Assembly (NCBI GenBank): GCA_951406725.2
Contig: OX597828.1
Location: 71,114,001-71,178,000, forward strand
Direction: 5' to 3'
DNA from: Octopus vulgaris
Lineage: Eukaryota
Length of the DNA: 64,000 nucleotides
Positions within the stretch are counted from its first letter, which is position 1, and every line of letters starts with the position of its first letter. This document shows positions 1 to 12,490 of the stretch, one piece after another. The notes under the pieces are model-generated. The model was not told where the DNA came from. It ran no database searches and worked only from the letters and a program-made list of their open reading frames with translations. The position numbers were made by a program, and so were the translations under genes.

Positions 1-26
1 GAAGGCTTGATTAAGGATTTCTTCAG
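1..26 (+). CDS. CFAP61: CFAP61 internal coding exon, cut by the window start (EGLIKDFF-S)
   Basis: Frame 1 reads EGLIKDFF, then AG|GTGAGT donor at 27. Phase 2 joins exon 1133 to give EGLIKDFFSFFMEPYCLPIYHDRF, resembling the recalled CFAP61 C-terminal block (EG.I.D.YSYF.EPWCLA.FHDRF). Confidence 0.85.
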
Positions 27-619
27 GTGAGTTTCTTCTATATTCTGTGTGTGTGTGTATGTGTATCTTTGTGTCTGTGTTTGTCCCCCCCCCCCATCCC
101 ATCATCGCTTGACAACTGATGTTGGTGTATTTATGTCCCCGTAACTTAGCGGTCTGGCAAAAAGAGACCGATAGAATAAATCCTGGGGTCGATTTCTTCA
201 ACTAAAAGGCAGTGCTCCAGCACTGAAACCAGTAAAAGAGGTGTTGATGTGGAATGTCTTGTCACAGACGATACTATACAATATGGGTGAAGGCACATGG
301 CTTAGTGGTTAGGGTATTCGGCTCCCAGTCATAAGGTTGTGAGTTCAGTTCCCAGTGGTGTGTTGAGTCCTTGAGCAAAACACTTCATTTCACATTACAG
401 TAAGTAATACTGTAAGTAACCACAGCTGGCAAAAATGAGTTGCACTTGTAATTTCAAAGGGGCCAGTTTAGTCATAGTCTGTGTCCTGCTGAATCCCCCT
501 GAGAACTGTGTTAAGGATACATGTTTCTGTGGAATACTCAACCCCTTTCACTTTAATTTCACAAGCAGGGCATTCCTATTGACTGGATCAACTGAAGCCC
601 TTGTGTTACTCAATATAAT

Positions 620-1130
620 CAGCCTTGCCTATACGCCTCCTACACTTCCCTTAATTCTTATACTTATTGCTGCCTATACATTAACCTATACATTTTTATC
701 TGCCTATGCTCCAACTTATAAATTACATCTAAGGAAACACCAACCTGTAATTTTTCCCTGCTTACCAAGCTGTGTATTATATTTGCCTATATATCTGTCT
801 ATACACAACTTATAAATTACATCTGCCTATAAATCAATTTAGATCTTATATCTGCCTATGCACCAACTTATAAATTTTATCTGCCTACCAAGCTGTATAT
901 TAAATCTACCTATACACAACCCATAAATTATAACCCATGCTAGCATGGAAAGCGGACGTTAAACGACAATGATGATGACGATGATGATGATGATGATTTG
1001 TCTATAAATCAATTTATATATTATATCTACCTATACACAACCTATAAACTATGCCTACCTATACACCAGCCTATAATTTTACATCTGCCTATACACCAAC
1101 CTATAAATTTTACCTTCCTATCCACCATCT
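620..1130. repeat. Degenerate ~30-bp minisatellite (tctgcctatacaccaacctataaatttaca) in a CFAP61 intron
   Basis: More than ten imperfect units; interrupted by a SINE tail at 933-998; runs up to the exon acceptor. Confidence 0.8.
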
Positions 1131-1132
1131 AG

Positions 1133-1223
1133 TTTCTTCATGGAACCGTACTGTCTGCCAATCTACCATGATCGTTTTAAAGACATACGACAAGAAATCC
1201 GTCAAGTAATTTTGGACGAGAAG
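1133..1223 (+). CDS. CFAP61: CFAP61 coding exon (FFMEPYCLPIYHDRFKDIRQEIRQVILDEK)
   Basis: Acceptor ccatctAG at 1131-1132, donor GTACGT at 1224; 91 nt, phases consistent with neighbouring exons. Confidence 0.9.
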
Positions 1224-1922
1224 GTACGTTAAAGCCATTCTTTCTACTAAATCTATGTGTTTTTTCTTCTACCAACCTTTAAACATTTGGTTCTACATCA
1301 GATAGAAACAAGCAAAAGATAAGAGATTATGTAGATTTGAGGGCCAAGACAATTCTCACTGATTCAGTCTATTTAACTATAAATAGGTACAATGAGAAGG
1401 TGTGCTCACTAGCATAAAGAACAAGTGCAAAATTGGATTATCAATTATTTCATCTTTATTGGACTATTTACCACAAATTACCTCAGAGACATCTAAATAT
1501 TCTGGAGACTGTTCACTCTGTCAGCTGCTGTTGAACTAAAGACAGTTGCTTGTTCAGCCAAAGAATATATGGCAGTTGTTGATGTTACATGTGGTTGGTA
1601 CATAAGACAACCAGGAATGGATATAACTTGTGTGTATGTATATGGTGTCTACTGTATACAGACTGTGTGTTTAGTGTTGCTATGTGTTGTGTGTGTGTGT
1701 GCATGTGTGTGTGTTATCGTGTAGAATTTGTGTGTTGACTATGTGTGGATATGTAATATCTTATGCTGTGAACTGTGTACTGGGTATATATAATGTATAT
1801 TGCTTACTGTATACAGTGTGTATATCATATATTGTGTATTGTATACTGGGTGTATATAATGATGTCTACTGTATTCAGTGTATGTGTGTGTGTATAATAT
1901 TATATATTGTTTATGAATGCAG

Positions 1923-1988
1923 GCAATGTGCAATATTAATGCAGAACTGAGAGAAATGCTGCAAGATTCCGATGGTGTAGCAGAAATG
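1923..1988 (+). CDS. CFAP61: CFAP61 coding exon (AMCNINAELREMLQDSDGVAEM)
   Basis: Acceptor tgcAG at 1921-1922, donor GTAAGT at 1989; 66 nt, phase 0/0, open frame; length fits the linker before the terminal segment. Confidence 0.8.
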
Positions 1989-3974
1989 GTAAGTAAATAT
2001 TTCCATGCCCTCCATGGGTCAGTAAGCCAGATGGCTTTAGACATTTGGGGGTTGTTGGTCAAAATGAGGGTCATCTTATAATCCTTCAGTCATAAGTTCA
2101 AACCTTACATATCGACATATCTTAATTTCTCTACCATGTCCACTGTATGACTAAAGTAGTCAGAGTGACCGACTTGTAATGTGGTCACCAACATGATGGC
2201 CTTCTAGTTTGGTCAGTATGGGGATTAACTTGAAATTTAATCTCTGTTTTGATGGATATGGTGTGTGGTCAGTATAAGGTCAGTAGCGAGCTGCCAGAAC
2301 CATTTGCACACTGAGCAAAATTCTTAGCATCATTTCATCTGTTTTTACATTCTGAGTTCAAATTCCACCAAGGTTGATTTTGACTTTCATCTTTTTAGGG
2401 TTGATGACATAGGTGTCAGTTGAGCACTAGGGGTGATTTATTCCACTTACAACCCCACCCCTCGAAATTGCTGGCCTCGTGCCTAAATTTAAATCAATTA
2501 TTTGCATAGATACGGAGTGTGGTCACTATTGTGAGGAACTTCTGTTGAAGTGGACTTGTAGTGTGGTCAGTATTAGGATGACCATGTAGTTATTGTGCTC
2601 ATTGCTGTAGTGTTGAAATGACAGTATTGTAGTGTCTGTAACAGTGTTGTAGTGGTGTTTTAGTGCTGTAGTGGCTTTAGCAACAAGTGGTGTTGTGGTG
2701 TCTATAGTGATTTTGTAACAGCACTGTATAAAGTTTTGTAGTGGTATTGCAGTGGCTCTAGCAATGGTGTAGTGCTACTTTAGTGTCTAATATCAATCAT
2801 AATGTATGACTTCCTACACGGTCCCTTCAAACGCTGGGCCCCACTATCACTCTATCAGTTACGACGACCAGTATTCCAGTTGATCTGATCAATGGAACAG
2901 CCTGCTCGTGAAATTTATGTGCAAGTGGCTGAGTACTCCACAAGCACATGTACCCTTAACTTAGTTCTCAGAGCAGTTCAGCGTGACACAGAGTGTGACA
3001 AGGCTGGCCCCTTTGAATTACAGAGCTGGCTTTATGCTAGGAGACAAGGCATTGAAGTAGGAGAGAAGGGGCCAGAGCCAAGCAGGTTTTTCGGCTTAGA
3101 GGGGCCACATGGCTACTTTAAACTTTAGAAGAGAGGGTGGCAGTGATCAGGGTGGAGCAGGGAAGAGATAAAAATGGCTGTACTGAAGACATGTGAGTGG
3201 ACCCTCAATGTACTCCGTTGGTTATGGTGACGAGGGTTCCAGTCGATCCAATCAATGGAACAGTCTGGTCATGAAATTAAGGTGCAAGTGGCTGAGCACT
3301 CCACAGACACCTGTACCCTTAAAGTAGTTCTCAGGGAGATTGAGCGTGACACAGAATGCAACAAGGCTGGCCCCCAGTGAATTACAGGTACAACTCCTTT
3401 TTGCCAGCTGAGTGGACTGAAGCAATGGGAAATAAAGTGTCTTGCCCAAGGACACAATGTGTCACTGGGAATTGAACTCACAACCTTAAGATCTTGAGCT
3501 GAATACTAATAACCACTAAGCTACGTAGTTTCCTTGGGCCTCACTGTCACCAAGGATTTCTCCTGGTAAAAGCACATCCTTAGCATCATAATGATGATGA
3601 TGATGATGATGATGATGATAACCTTTGATATGGTTGAGCAACCATTCCCAACAAAGTGGAACAAAGCACCAAAATACCTTCCACCTTATTCTTCGTAGCA
3701 GAGCAGGGATCAAGAAGAAAAAGAGGGAGAGAATTCCTCCTATGTTAATATACTAAATGAAGCGTCCTGGATAACTTCCCTCAGTTATTATACTATGCTG
3801 CCTGCCTCACCATCTTGTGTGCATTACTGTACTTCCACACTGTAGATTCTCTATTACACATGTGGCAGCTACGGTGGGAAAAAAAAATGCTTTCCTAAAG
3901 AGGATTAAAAAGACTGACACATGTCTGGAGTTGTCACCCTTACTGACCATTTATCAGATTTACACATTTTGACT

Positions 3975-4181
3975 CTTCTACTCTTCTACTTGTTTCAGTC
4001 ATTTCACTGTGGCCATGCTGGAGCACCGCCTTTAGTCGAGCAAATCGACCCCTGGACTTATTCTTTGTAAGCCCAGTACTTATTCTATTGGTCTCTTTTG
4101 CCGAACCGCTAAGTGACGGGGACGTAAACACACCAGCATCAGTTGTCAAGCAATGCTAGGGGGACAAACACAGACACACAA

Positions 4182-4212
<31 letters not shown>

Positions 4213-4378
4213 CATATATACGACAGGCTTCTTTCAGTTTCCGTCTACCAAATCCACTCACAAGGCATTGGTCGGCCCGGGGCTATAGCAGAAAACACTT
4301 GCCCAAGATGCCACACAGTGGGACTGAACCCAGAACCATGTGGTTGGTTAGCAAGCTACTTACCACACAGCCACTCCT
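3975..4378 (-). mobile_element. Full-length tRNA-derived SINE (ggctgtgtggtaag...tgactgaaacaagtaaaag family) with central (TA/CA)n
   Basis: A/B-box head at 4310-4378. Sister copies at about 22450-22790, 24865-25165, 25755-26075, 38490-38840, 46850-47284, 49068-49422, 57127-57510 (-) and 19180-19505, 28628-28965, 43858-44235 (+). Confidence 0.9.
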
Positions 4379-4539
4379 GTTTAAGATTACAAAGTTACTT
4401 CCCCTACATGTTTTTTTGTAGATTTATGTATTGGTTCAGTGTGTACTTCTCCTCCATGCAATTAAAATATTGATTAATTAAATATGTTAGAGATTACTTA
4501 GATAATTTATCTGTTAATTCTGCCAAATGTGGGTTAGCC

Positions 4540-4640
4540 TGTTATGTGTGAATGAGGTTTTTAAGTCCATCTGTTATGTATGAATGAGGCTTTTAAGTCC
4601 ATCTGTTATGTATGAATGAGGCTTTTAAGTCCATCTGTTA
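4540..4640. repeat. 32-bp tandem repeat, about 3 copies
   Basis: (tctgttatgtatgaatgaggcttttaagtcca)n read directly. Confidence 0.9.
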
Positions 4641-5542
4641 CCTCATTTCTCTTGAAATACACTGTTTTCATTTCAATTAAGTTTAAAATATTGAAGTATT
4701 TCGTAAAATAACTTTGTCATAATTAAGCTGGTGTTTGGAACATTAATTAACATGGAATTTTGAAAGTAGGTTTTCATTTAAAACGCTTTTGTTGTATTTC
4801 TGTTGAAATACATGGGTTTTTTTTTTTTAATTAGTTTTTAAAATAATCAACAATTTGATAAAATAATTTTGTCATTATTAAACTGGTGTTTGGAACTCAA
4901 GAAAAAGAAAAGAAGAAATTTTGACGGAAGCTTTTAATTTAGATCACTTTAACCCTTTTGTTACCATACAGCTGTTGAAATACTCTGCATTTGTTTCAAC
5001 CAGTCTTGAAAATAAGGAATTTAGTAAAATGGCTTTGTTGTTATAAAAACTGGCATTTGAAACATAAATGAACTTGACATATTGATAGAAGGTTTTACCC
5101 TAGATTAATTTTCGAAAACGGAAGTCCCTTATCAAAGAACCAAGTCTAACCTGTTTATTCCTTTGTCACTTATGTAAACAGCTGAGCCAACAAAAATGCT
5201 GCTACATGGTTGATCAACCTAGTAGAAATAGCAACCAAATTTCCCTCAAATCATGCTCTACTGTCTTTTAAAAAGAGGAAAGAATATTGGATAATGATGT
5301 CCGAATGAAATGTGAATAAAGCAAAATATAACTGGATGGTCATGGCTGTTATATTTTTGATTATAGGTCTGCTTCATGAAGGTTAGCTTGGGGTTAGACT
5401 TGGGTCAGTTGGTATCAAAAACGGTACAATATAATCTACCATTTTTCCAGAAAAGGGTCCCCTCCCCATCAACCCAAAATATAAACTATCCAGAAGTTCG
5501 ATATGGTCTAAATGTACAAATCGTTTCTGTTTTATTTTCCAG

Positions 5543-5686
5543 TTTCCGAAAGCTGATCTCTCAGATCTAATTGATAGATACATGCAGACAAATGCTCCGC
5601 GCCGTCTCGTCGAACACCATGTACTCGCTTACCTCTACTACAATTATTATCATCTACCAATGTTTGCAAAACCTGGATGTATTTAA
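5543..5686 (+). CDS. CFAP61: CFAP61 last coding exon (FPKADLSDLIDRYMQTNAPRRLVEHHVLAYLYYNYYHLPMFAKPGCI*)
   Basis: Acceptor ttttattttccAG at 5541-5542; 48 codons to TAA 5684-5686; C-terminus YLYYNYYHLPMFAKPG matches the recalled CFAP61 end (YL.YN.YHLPMYA.PG). Confidence 0.9.
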   Translation, partial: FPKADLSDLIDRYMQTNAPRRLVEHHVLAYLYYNYYHLPMFAKPGCI

Positions 5687-5943
5687 CCATTTAAGCCATT
5701 CTTCATCTATGAATCTCTCTCACACACACATGCATATATATATATGTATATATATATATATAATATATATATGTTATGCATTTCAGTAGCTTACAGTTGT
5801 TTCTGCTATAAGATGCAATGCACTCATAGTTGATGAAGCTAATGAAGTTCATAACTGTTTATTCCTTTGTCACTCTAATTTCTTATATATATTGTACATA
5901 CATACATACTTACATATAAATACATATATATACATATGTATAC

Positions 5944-6022
<79 letters not shown>

Positions 6023-6393
6023 TATATATATATACTTTTCTTTATCCTTTTTCTGGTGTTCTCATACTGCAAACTTCTATTTAAGCACAGCTATATTATA
6101 TGAAGAAAGATTAAAATATTTTGATTCCATTGAAGTTTATTTATGTAAACAGCTGAGCCAACAAGAATGCTGCTACATGGTTGATCAACCTAGTAGAAAT
6201 AGCAACCAAATTTCCCTCAAATCATGCTCTACTGTCTTTTAAAAAGCGGAAAGAATATTGTATAATGATGTCTGAATAAAATGTGAATAAAGCAAAATAT
6301 AACTGGATGGTCATGGCTGTTATACTTTTGATCATAGGTCTGCTTGATGGAGGTTAGCTTGGGGTTAAACAAGTGTTTCTCTGAATGGTAATG

Positions 6394-6638
6394 GGTGACA
6401 GGAAATTTCGCCATAAGCATTTTTGCTGTAGGAAAATTCACTGTAAGAAATTTTGTTTTAAATGACCTCATTATGTTTTTTTTAATGTTTGACATTGAAG
6501 AAAGATTTGGCTATTTTATGCTTTTATAAAGTTTTTGTTTTTTATTTTTAAAAATGCTGATATAATCTGCTTCATCAGTGTCCTTATGGTGAGTTTGTCT
6601 TATGGCAAATTTCCTGTACAGCGACTTTTCTGGACACA
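6394..6638. mobile_element. Degenerate non-autonomous DNA transposon with subterminal repeats
   Basis: Left end gtgacaggaaatttcgcc with repeated ggaaattt units; right end repeated aaatttcc units ending ttttctggacac. Confidence 0.55.
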
Positions 6639-7110
6639 GATGGTAGTGAGGCTGGAGGAGTGGAAAGTGACATCACATTCAACATAGAGAGAGAGAGAGA
6701 AAGCAAGAGGTTAGACAGAGAAAAAAAATTGCCCCTTGGTCAAGCAGCATCTGTTACAGCCCTGGATCAACCAAAGCTTTGTGAGTGAATTTGTGAGATG
6801 GAAAACTGCATGGAAGCTCATCATAAATATATCATGATGATAACAATGATGATGTTGATGATGATGATGATGATGATGATGATATACACATCTGTGTGTT
6901 TGTGTCCCTTTCATATCATGCAACAGTTGTAAATGAGTGTCGCTGTGATACAAGCAATGTCATTCATTTCCAATGTTCTGTAAAAACATGTCTGGCCACG
7001 GGGAAATATTGCCTTGCTTGGAAACAGGCAATGATCAGCAACAAGAAAGGCATCCAGCTGCAGAAAACCTGTTGATGATGATGATGATGATGATGATGAT
7101 GACAATGATA

Positions 7111-7967
7111 TATGAGGTGGTATCAAATGTTTCCCAAACTAGTTAGGTTTAGTAAAAAGTAACTTAGCTAAGTTTTAACATGATCTCCTTCAAAATAGTC
7201 ACCTTGCACACCAATACACCCATCCCAGCATTCCTGCCACTTTTGGAATCTGGCCAAGAAGTTGTTTTTCGTAAGCACGTTGAGGACTCTGGATTTGCAT
7301 TTCCATCTTAGGGAAGTGATGGAAATCTGCAGGTGCTAAATCTGGTAAATAGAGCAGGTGTGGAAGTGATATCATGTTGGTTTTGGCAAGAAATACATGA
7401 GCCAGGAGAGCTCAGTGACAGGATGCATTATCGTCTTGAAGAATCCAATTCTTCGTGCTGCACAAATCTGCTCACTTTCACCAGATGTTCCTCCTGGAAT
7501 ACTTCAAAAAATGGCAGTAAAACTCTTAATTGACAATCTGGCCCGGGGAATAATTTTCAATGTACAATACCACATTTCCATGGATGATGCTTGTGGCAGG
7601 ACTTCCAGATTGCTTGTCTTCTGGGAACATTCTTCTACTTTTGAAGCATCCATGCCACTTCAAACATTGTGAATGACCCATTGCCATAAGTTTGCCAAAG
7701 ATTGTTCAATGTCTCTGTAGCAGACTTCCCAAGTTTAATGCAAAACTTCACATTGGCTCTTTGTTCCTGTCCATGGCAAAACCACAGACTACAGCATACA
7801 CCCGATCACAAAAACACAAATTTCACAATTTGCAAAATAACCACAGTGATGTCGCCTGGCACACTGCCTCATGAAGGTTACTGGGAGCTCTCACTGCACC
7901 CTCGACCATCTGCTGCCATCTGTTGAGCTACAAAAATAGTCTGGGAATGTTTTTATACCACCTCATA
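7111..7967 (-). mobile_element. Internally deleted Tc1/mariner element
   Basis: TIRs tatgaggtggtatcaaatgtttcccaaacta / tagtctgggaatgtttttataccacctcata with TA ends; no intact ORF. A matching end fragment is at ~54868-55000. Confidence 0.8.
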
Positions 7968-9371
7968 TGTATAAATGTGTGTGTATTTTTGTTGTTTGTT
8001 GTCCCCTATACACAGTCATTGAACAACTGATGTTGGTTTGTTTAGATCTTTTCTTAGTGATTTGTTCAACTAAACTTTCAAGGGCTACTGTCCAATAACT
8101 GAAATGAGTAAAAGAAGAAACAATTTCGGGGTTGCTCAACCCGCAAGAAATAGCTGTCAAATCTCCCTCAAATCACATACCACAATATTAAAAACAGAAC
8201 GATTCACATATATTTGCGTGTCTGTGTTTGACCCCCCAACATCGCTTAACAACCGATGCTGATGTGTTTACATCCCAGTAACTTAGTGGTTTGGCAAAAG
8301 AGACCGATAGAATAAGTACTAGGCTTACAATGATTTGGTTGATTTGCTCGACTAAAGGCAGTGCTCCAGCATGGCCACAGTCGAATGACTGAAACAAGTA
8401 AAAGAGAGAGTATTATTAATGTAGTTGTCATCCAGACAAGTTGAGGTAGTCATGGCTGGAAGGCCTTTGATCATAAATCTGCTCAGTCAAGGTTGACCTT
8501 GACTTTGAGTTGAACAACAACAACGTTGCCATTTTCAGCAATACTTCTACTGCAACCAATACCCCTGCCTCCACCACCACCACTACCACTCCCACCACAT
8601 TTACCACAATCGCCTCCCCCCATCGCTGCCACTACCACCATTCCCCCACCCTCAACACTACCCCTATCACTAACATTACTACCTCTACTACCACCACCAC
8701 CACCACCACCACCCCTTCCACCACATTTACACCAACCTCCTCCCCTGTCACTGCCACCACCACCATTCCCACACCCACCCCACTACCCCTGTCACTAACA
8801 TTATTAACCCTACCACCATCACTAATTTTACTACTGTTACTACTGCCATTGCTGCCACCCTCATAATTCAAACATTGTTTAATACCGTGGAAACAATATC
8901 ACAGGTAAATACAGACAACACAACCTACATTCACTTCATATCTCCTTTATCTGGCAGATAAAGATAGTCTTTCCCACAAATTCTCAAACTTCTCTTTGTC
9001 TTTGTATATCCTATTCCAACAATACATAGACATTTTTTCCCCTCTTTAATGATAAAATAAGAAGGTTTAAAATGAAGGAAAAGACATTGATATCAGACTA
9101 TGAAACCAAGAAAGGGTTAATATTAATAATAATAATTAATTATTTTTATTGGCCACAAGGGCTGACACACATGATTAGTAAACATAAAGGGACAAAACAG
9201 GACAAAAGGTTACAAACGGTTTTGTCCGTTTTTGAAAAAATCTGAGTAAAAACTGTTTAACAACGAAAGATTATAACAATGAAAAAAACTCCCAATAGGG
9301 GAGGCGCTTCGAAAGGTTCCTGGTGGAAAAAATCCCATAAAAGCCAATGGGAGCCTGGTCAACAGGGGGGT

Positions 9372-9803
9372 ATAATAATAATAATAATAATAATGAAATT
9401 ATTGTATACAGGAGTCAGATACATGCTTGTGTGTGTATGGAAGGGAGAAAATCAGGTGTAGTGTTGGCGAATCTCAGAAAGCATGGAAGTTTTGAAGGAT
9501 GCAGTGCTCCGACAACTAACAACTGATGCCGGCAGTCTGTTCCATGCTTCGGCAACTCTTAGCGTGAAAAAATGTTTCCGAAAGTCATGGGAGCTGTGCT
9601 GTTTTCTGACTTTGTAAACATGTCCACAGGTGTTAGACAGGTGGAGTTTGAAAAGGTGCTCAGAGTTATTGTTTGTAAGATGGTTAGTAATTTTATGGGT
9701 GTCTGCCAAGTCAGCTGCCAGACGTCGGAGTTTCAATGTGTCCATGCCCAGGGACGTAAGGTGTTCAGAATATGGCAAATGCCTGATGGAGGGTATTCTC
9801 TTG
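9372..9803 (-). mobile_element. 5'-truncated CR1/L2-group LINE 3' end
   Basis: ORF2 C-terminus ...LPYSEHLTSLGMDTLKLRR...RKHFFTLRVAEAWNRLPASVV..., short 3' UTR and (TTA)n tail. Confidence 0.85.
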
Positions 9804-10177
9804 TCAATCTGTCTCCCATTTATGGCAGCTTCTGTCTTGATGGAACTTTTATTTTGATGTCCATAACATTGTTGTTTAGTTTTATGTAAAAAGAAAAATG
9901 ACTGAAGAAGATTTAAAGATACGTGGAAATTATTCAGTGACAAAGCACAGTCATGGATGTGTGGTTAAAAAGTTTGCTTGCCACCCAAATTGTTTAGGGT
10001 TCAATCCCAAAGCACAGTCAGGAACAGATTTCCTTCAACCTGTCTTAGATTTGGTCCTGACCTGACAACATTCTGTTAGCTTTTATATTTTACTTGTTTC
10101 AGTCATTGGACGTGGCCATGCTGGGGCACTGCCTTGAAAGGTTTTAATTGAGCAAATTGACCCTGGAACTTAATCTC

Positions 10178-10725
10178 ATGAGGGAGTAGCGCTGGTGAAT
10201 GAGCATAGGAAGAAGTATATGGTGGAGTGGAGAGAAGTGTCTTCAAGTTTAATGTGGGTTAAGATGAGGTGGGGAGGAGAGATGTGGGTGTTTTTTAGTA
10301 CATATGGTCCAAGGAGTGCAAGGAGTGAGGAAGAAGGAGTTCTGGAGGGAATTGACAGTGTGTGGATAGGGTCGGGGAACGGTGGTCATGTGATGGTGTT
10401 GGGTGACTTGAATGCATGAGTGGGAAATGGAGAAGTAGAACATGTAAGAGGATGAAATGGAGTTCCTGGTTGGAAGGAGGTTGTTGGGAAATTGTATGGA
10501 GCTGGTTGTTGGTGGTGGGGAAGAATAAGTTCACATGGTGGAGGGTGGAGGGGGGAACAGTAGTGGATAGGGCCTTCGTGGACTATATATTAATCGATAA
10601 GAGAGGGGTAGGAAAATTGGTGGATGTGCATGTAATGAGAGGTGAAGGTGGAGGAGTGTCAGATCACTTCTTAGTAAAGGGTAAGTTGAAGGTTTGCTCA
10701 AAATGGGATGCTAGGAGATCTTGTG
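10178..10725 (+). mobile_element. Degenerate LINE AP-endonuclease fragment (RTE-like)
   Basis: Across frameshifts: STYGP, VMVLGDLNA, FTW, VDYILID, GVSDHFLV, which are APE motifs; interrupted by stops. Confidence 0.75.
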
Positions 10726-11483
10726 TAGCTGAAGCCTGATCTTCTCTTTTGAGACCACCACACTCTACACACTTTGCTTCCAAGCACTTCTATAAACAAT
10801 GAAAGTGAGCAAGCAACATTGTAACTTGGTGTGCTTGAACCTTTTGGTTGATTGCCCACCATGACCTCACCAACTGTGCAAAACCCTCCTTTCCTCAAAT
10901 TCCCAACTGTAATGTTTCTGCAATCACCCTACAACCCGCACCCTCCACATTCATTGCCCATTTCACACCCACCTCCATGCTGACCCCATTTGCTGCATCT
11001 CCTCTAAAAATCATCCCTTCCTACAGCACAGCCTCCCCACTTTGCACAAACACAACAAATGCTATTTCTGGTCACCTCAAACCAACAAAGCCACTGGCCT
11101 TGATAATGTCCCTTCGTTTACCCGCCTAAGACAAAGTGCCATACAGATAGCTCTTGCCCTCACCAAACTCTTTAATCTTGTTCTATCCTGACCTTTGGCA
11201 ACAAGCTACAGGGTGTCCCAAGAATGGTAAGTCTCTCTGATTCTGCCAACTACTGTCCTAATACACTCACTACCAATATCTCAAAGATAACAGTGACAGC
11301 GTTTAAACTGGCCCAAATATTCAATCAGTTTTACAGTCAAACTGGTCAGATCCAGTCTGTCACACCTACCCTACAATGTCATTCTAAAAATAAACAATCA
11401 CATCTTTGGAATCTCAAAGTTATGAGATAATGCGTGATTGATTCAAAACAAGGTGAATAAATAAGCATTATATGTCACAGTAA

Positions 11484-11714
11484 AAGGCGGCGAGCTGGCA
11501 GAAATGTTAGCACGCCGGGCAAAATGCTTTGCGGTATTTCGTCCACCACTGCGTTCTGAGTTCAAATTCCGCCGATCAACTTTGCCTTTCATCTTTTCGG
11601 GGTCGATAAATTAAGTACCAGTTACGCACTGGGGTCGATGTAATCGACTTAATCCGTTTGTCTGTCCTTGTTTGTCCCCTCTATGTTTAGCCCCTTGTGG
11701 GTAGTAAAGAAATA
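11484..11714 (+). mobile_element. Young tRNA-derived SINE (ggcggcgagctggcagaa family) with 17-bp TSD
   Basis: ATTATATGTCACAGTAA at 11467-11483 and 11715-11731; B-box GAGTTCAAATTCC; many sister copies (~36925-37143, 60628-60838, 54677-54850, 30450-30665). Confidence 0.9.
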
Positions 11715-12108
11715 ATTATATGTCACAGTAACCTAAATGTTAAAGGCTTAACAGCAATTTTCTCCAACACACTCTCTCTCCTTAAATGACAACCAATAAG
11801 GCTTTTGTAAACCCAGAACTACTAAACACCTGCTCACCAAATGATTTTTGCCCTCAAGAAATTTTATGAAAGCAATACCAATGTCCTCAACATGAACAAA
11901 GTTCACCTGTCAAAAGTCCTCACCTGTTGTTTCTTGAATTGATGGTTTTCTGTGAGAATGTAAGTCACACCATGTTAATGAAGCCCTCTCTGCCCCACAC
12001 TATGAAGTCTAATGTGTACCAGGGTTCAAGGTTTCCCCCCAACACTCCTTCCCCTATTCATCAACAACCTACTGACTGTCTCCTCCAACAATGTCCACTC
12101 CTACATGG

Positions 12109-12490
12109 TGGCAGACACACATAAAATTATCAACCATCTTACAAACAATAACTCTGAGCACCTTTTCAAACTCCACCCATCTAACACCCGTGGACATATT
12201 TACAAAGTCAGAAAACAGCACAGCTCCCATGACTTCAGGAAACATTTTTTCACGCTGAGAGTTGCTGAAGCATGGAACAAACTGCCGGCATCGGTTGTTA
12301 GTTGTTGGAGCACTGCATCCTTCAAAACTTCCATGCTTTCTGAGATTCGCCAACACTACACCTGATTTTCTCCCCTCCATACACACGCAAGCATCTATCT
12401 GACTCATACATTGTTCGCTTTTGTACATTACTGCATATACTCTGACAAGTTGTGGTGCACTGTATACAATAATTTCATTATTATTATTAT
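12109..12490 (+). mobile_element. Second copy of the same CR1/L2-group LINE 3' end, nested in an older LINE relic
   Basis: ADTHKIINHLTNNNSEHLFKLH...RVAEAWNKLPASVV...EIRQHYT*, nearly identical to the 9.4-9.8 kb copy, opposite orientation, (TTA)n tail. Confidence 0.85.

Noticed and set aside
5785-5845. Hammerhead-like remnant on the minus strand (stem plus GAAACAACTGTA) after the CFAP61 stop
   Set aside because: No CUGANGA box is present; too degenerate to call.
8510-8866. Mucin-like Thr/Pro-rich ORF
   Set aside because: Degenerate (ACC/ACT)n low-complexity tract without an ATG start or recognisable splice context.
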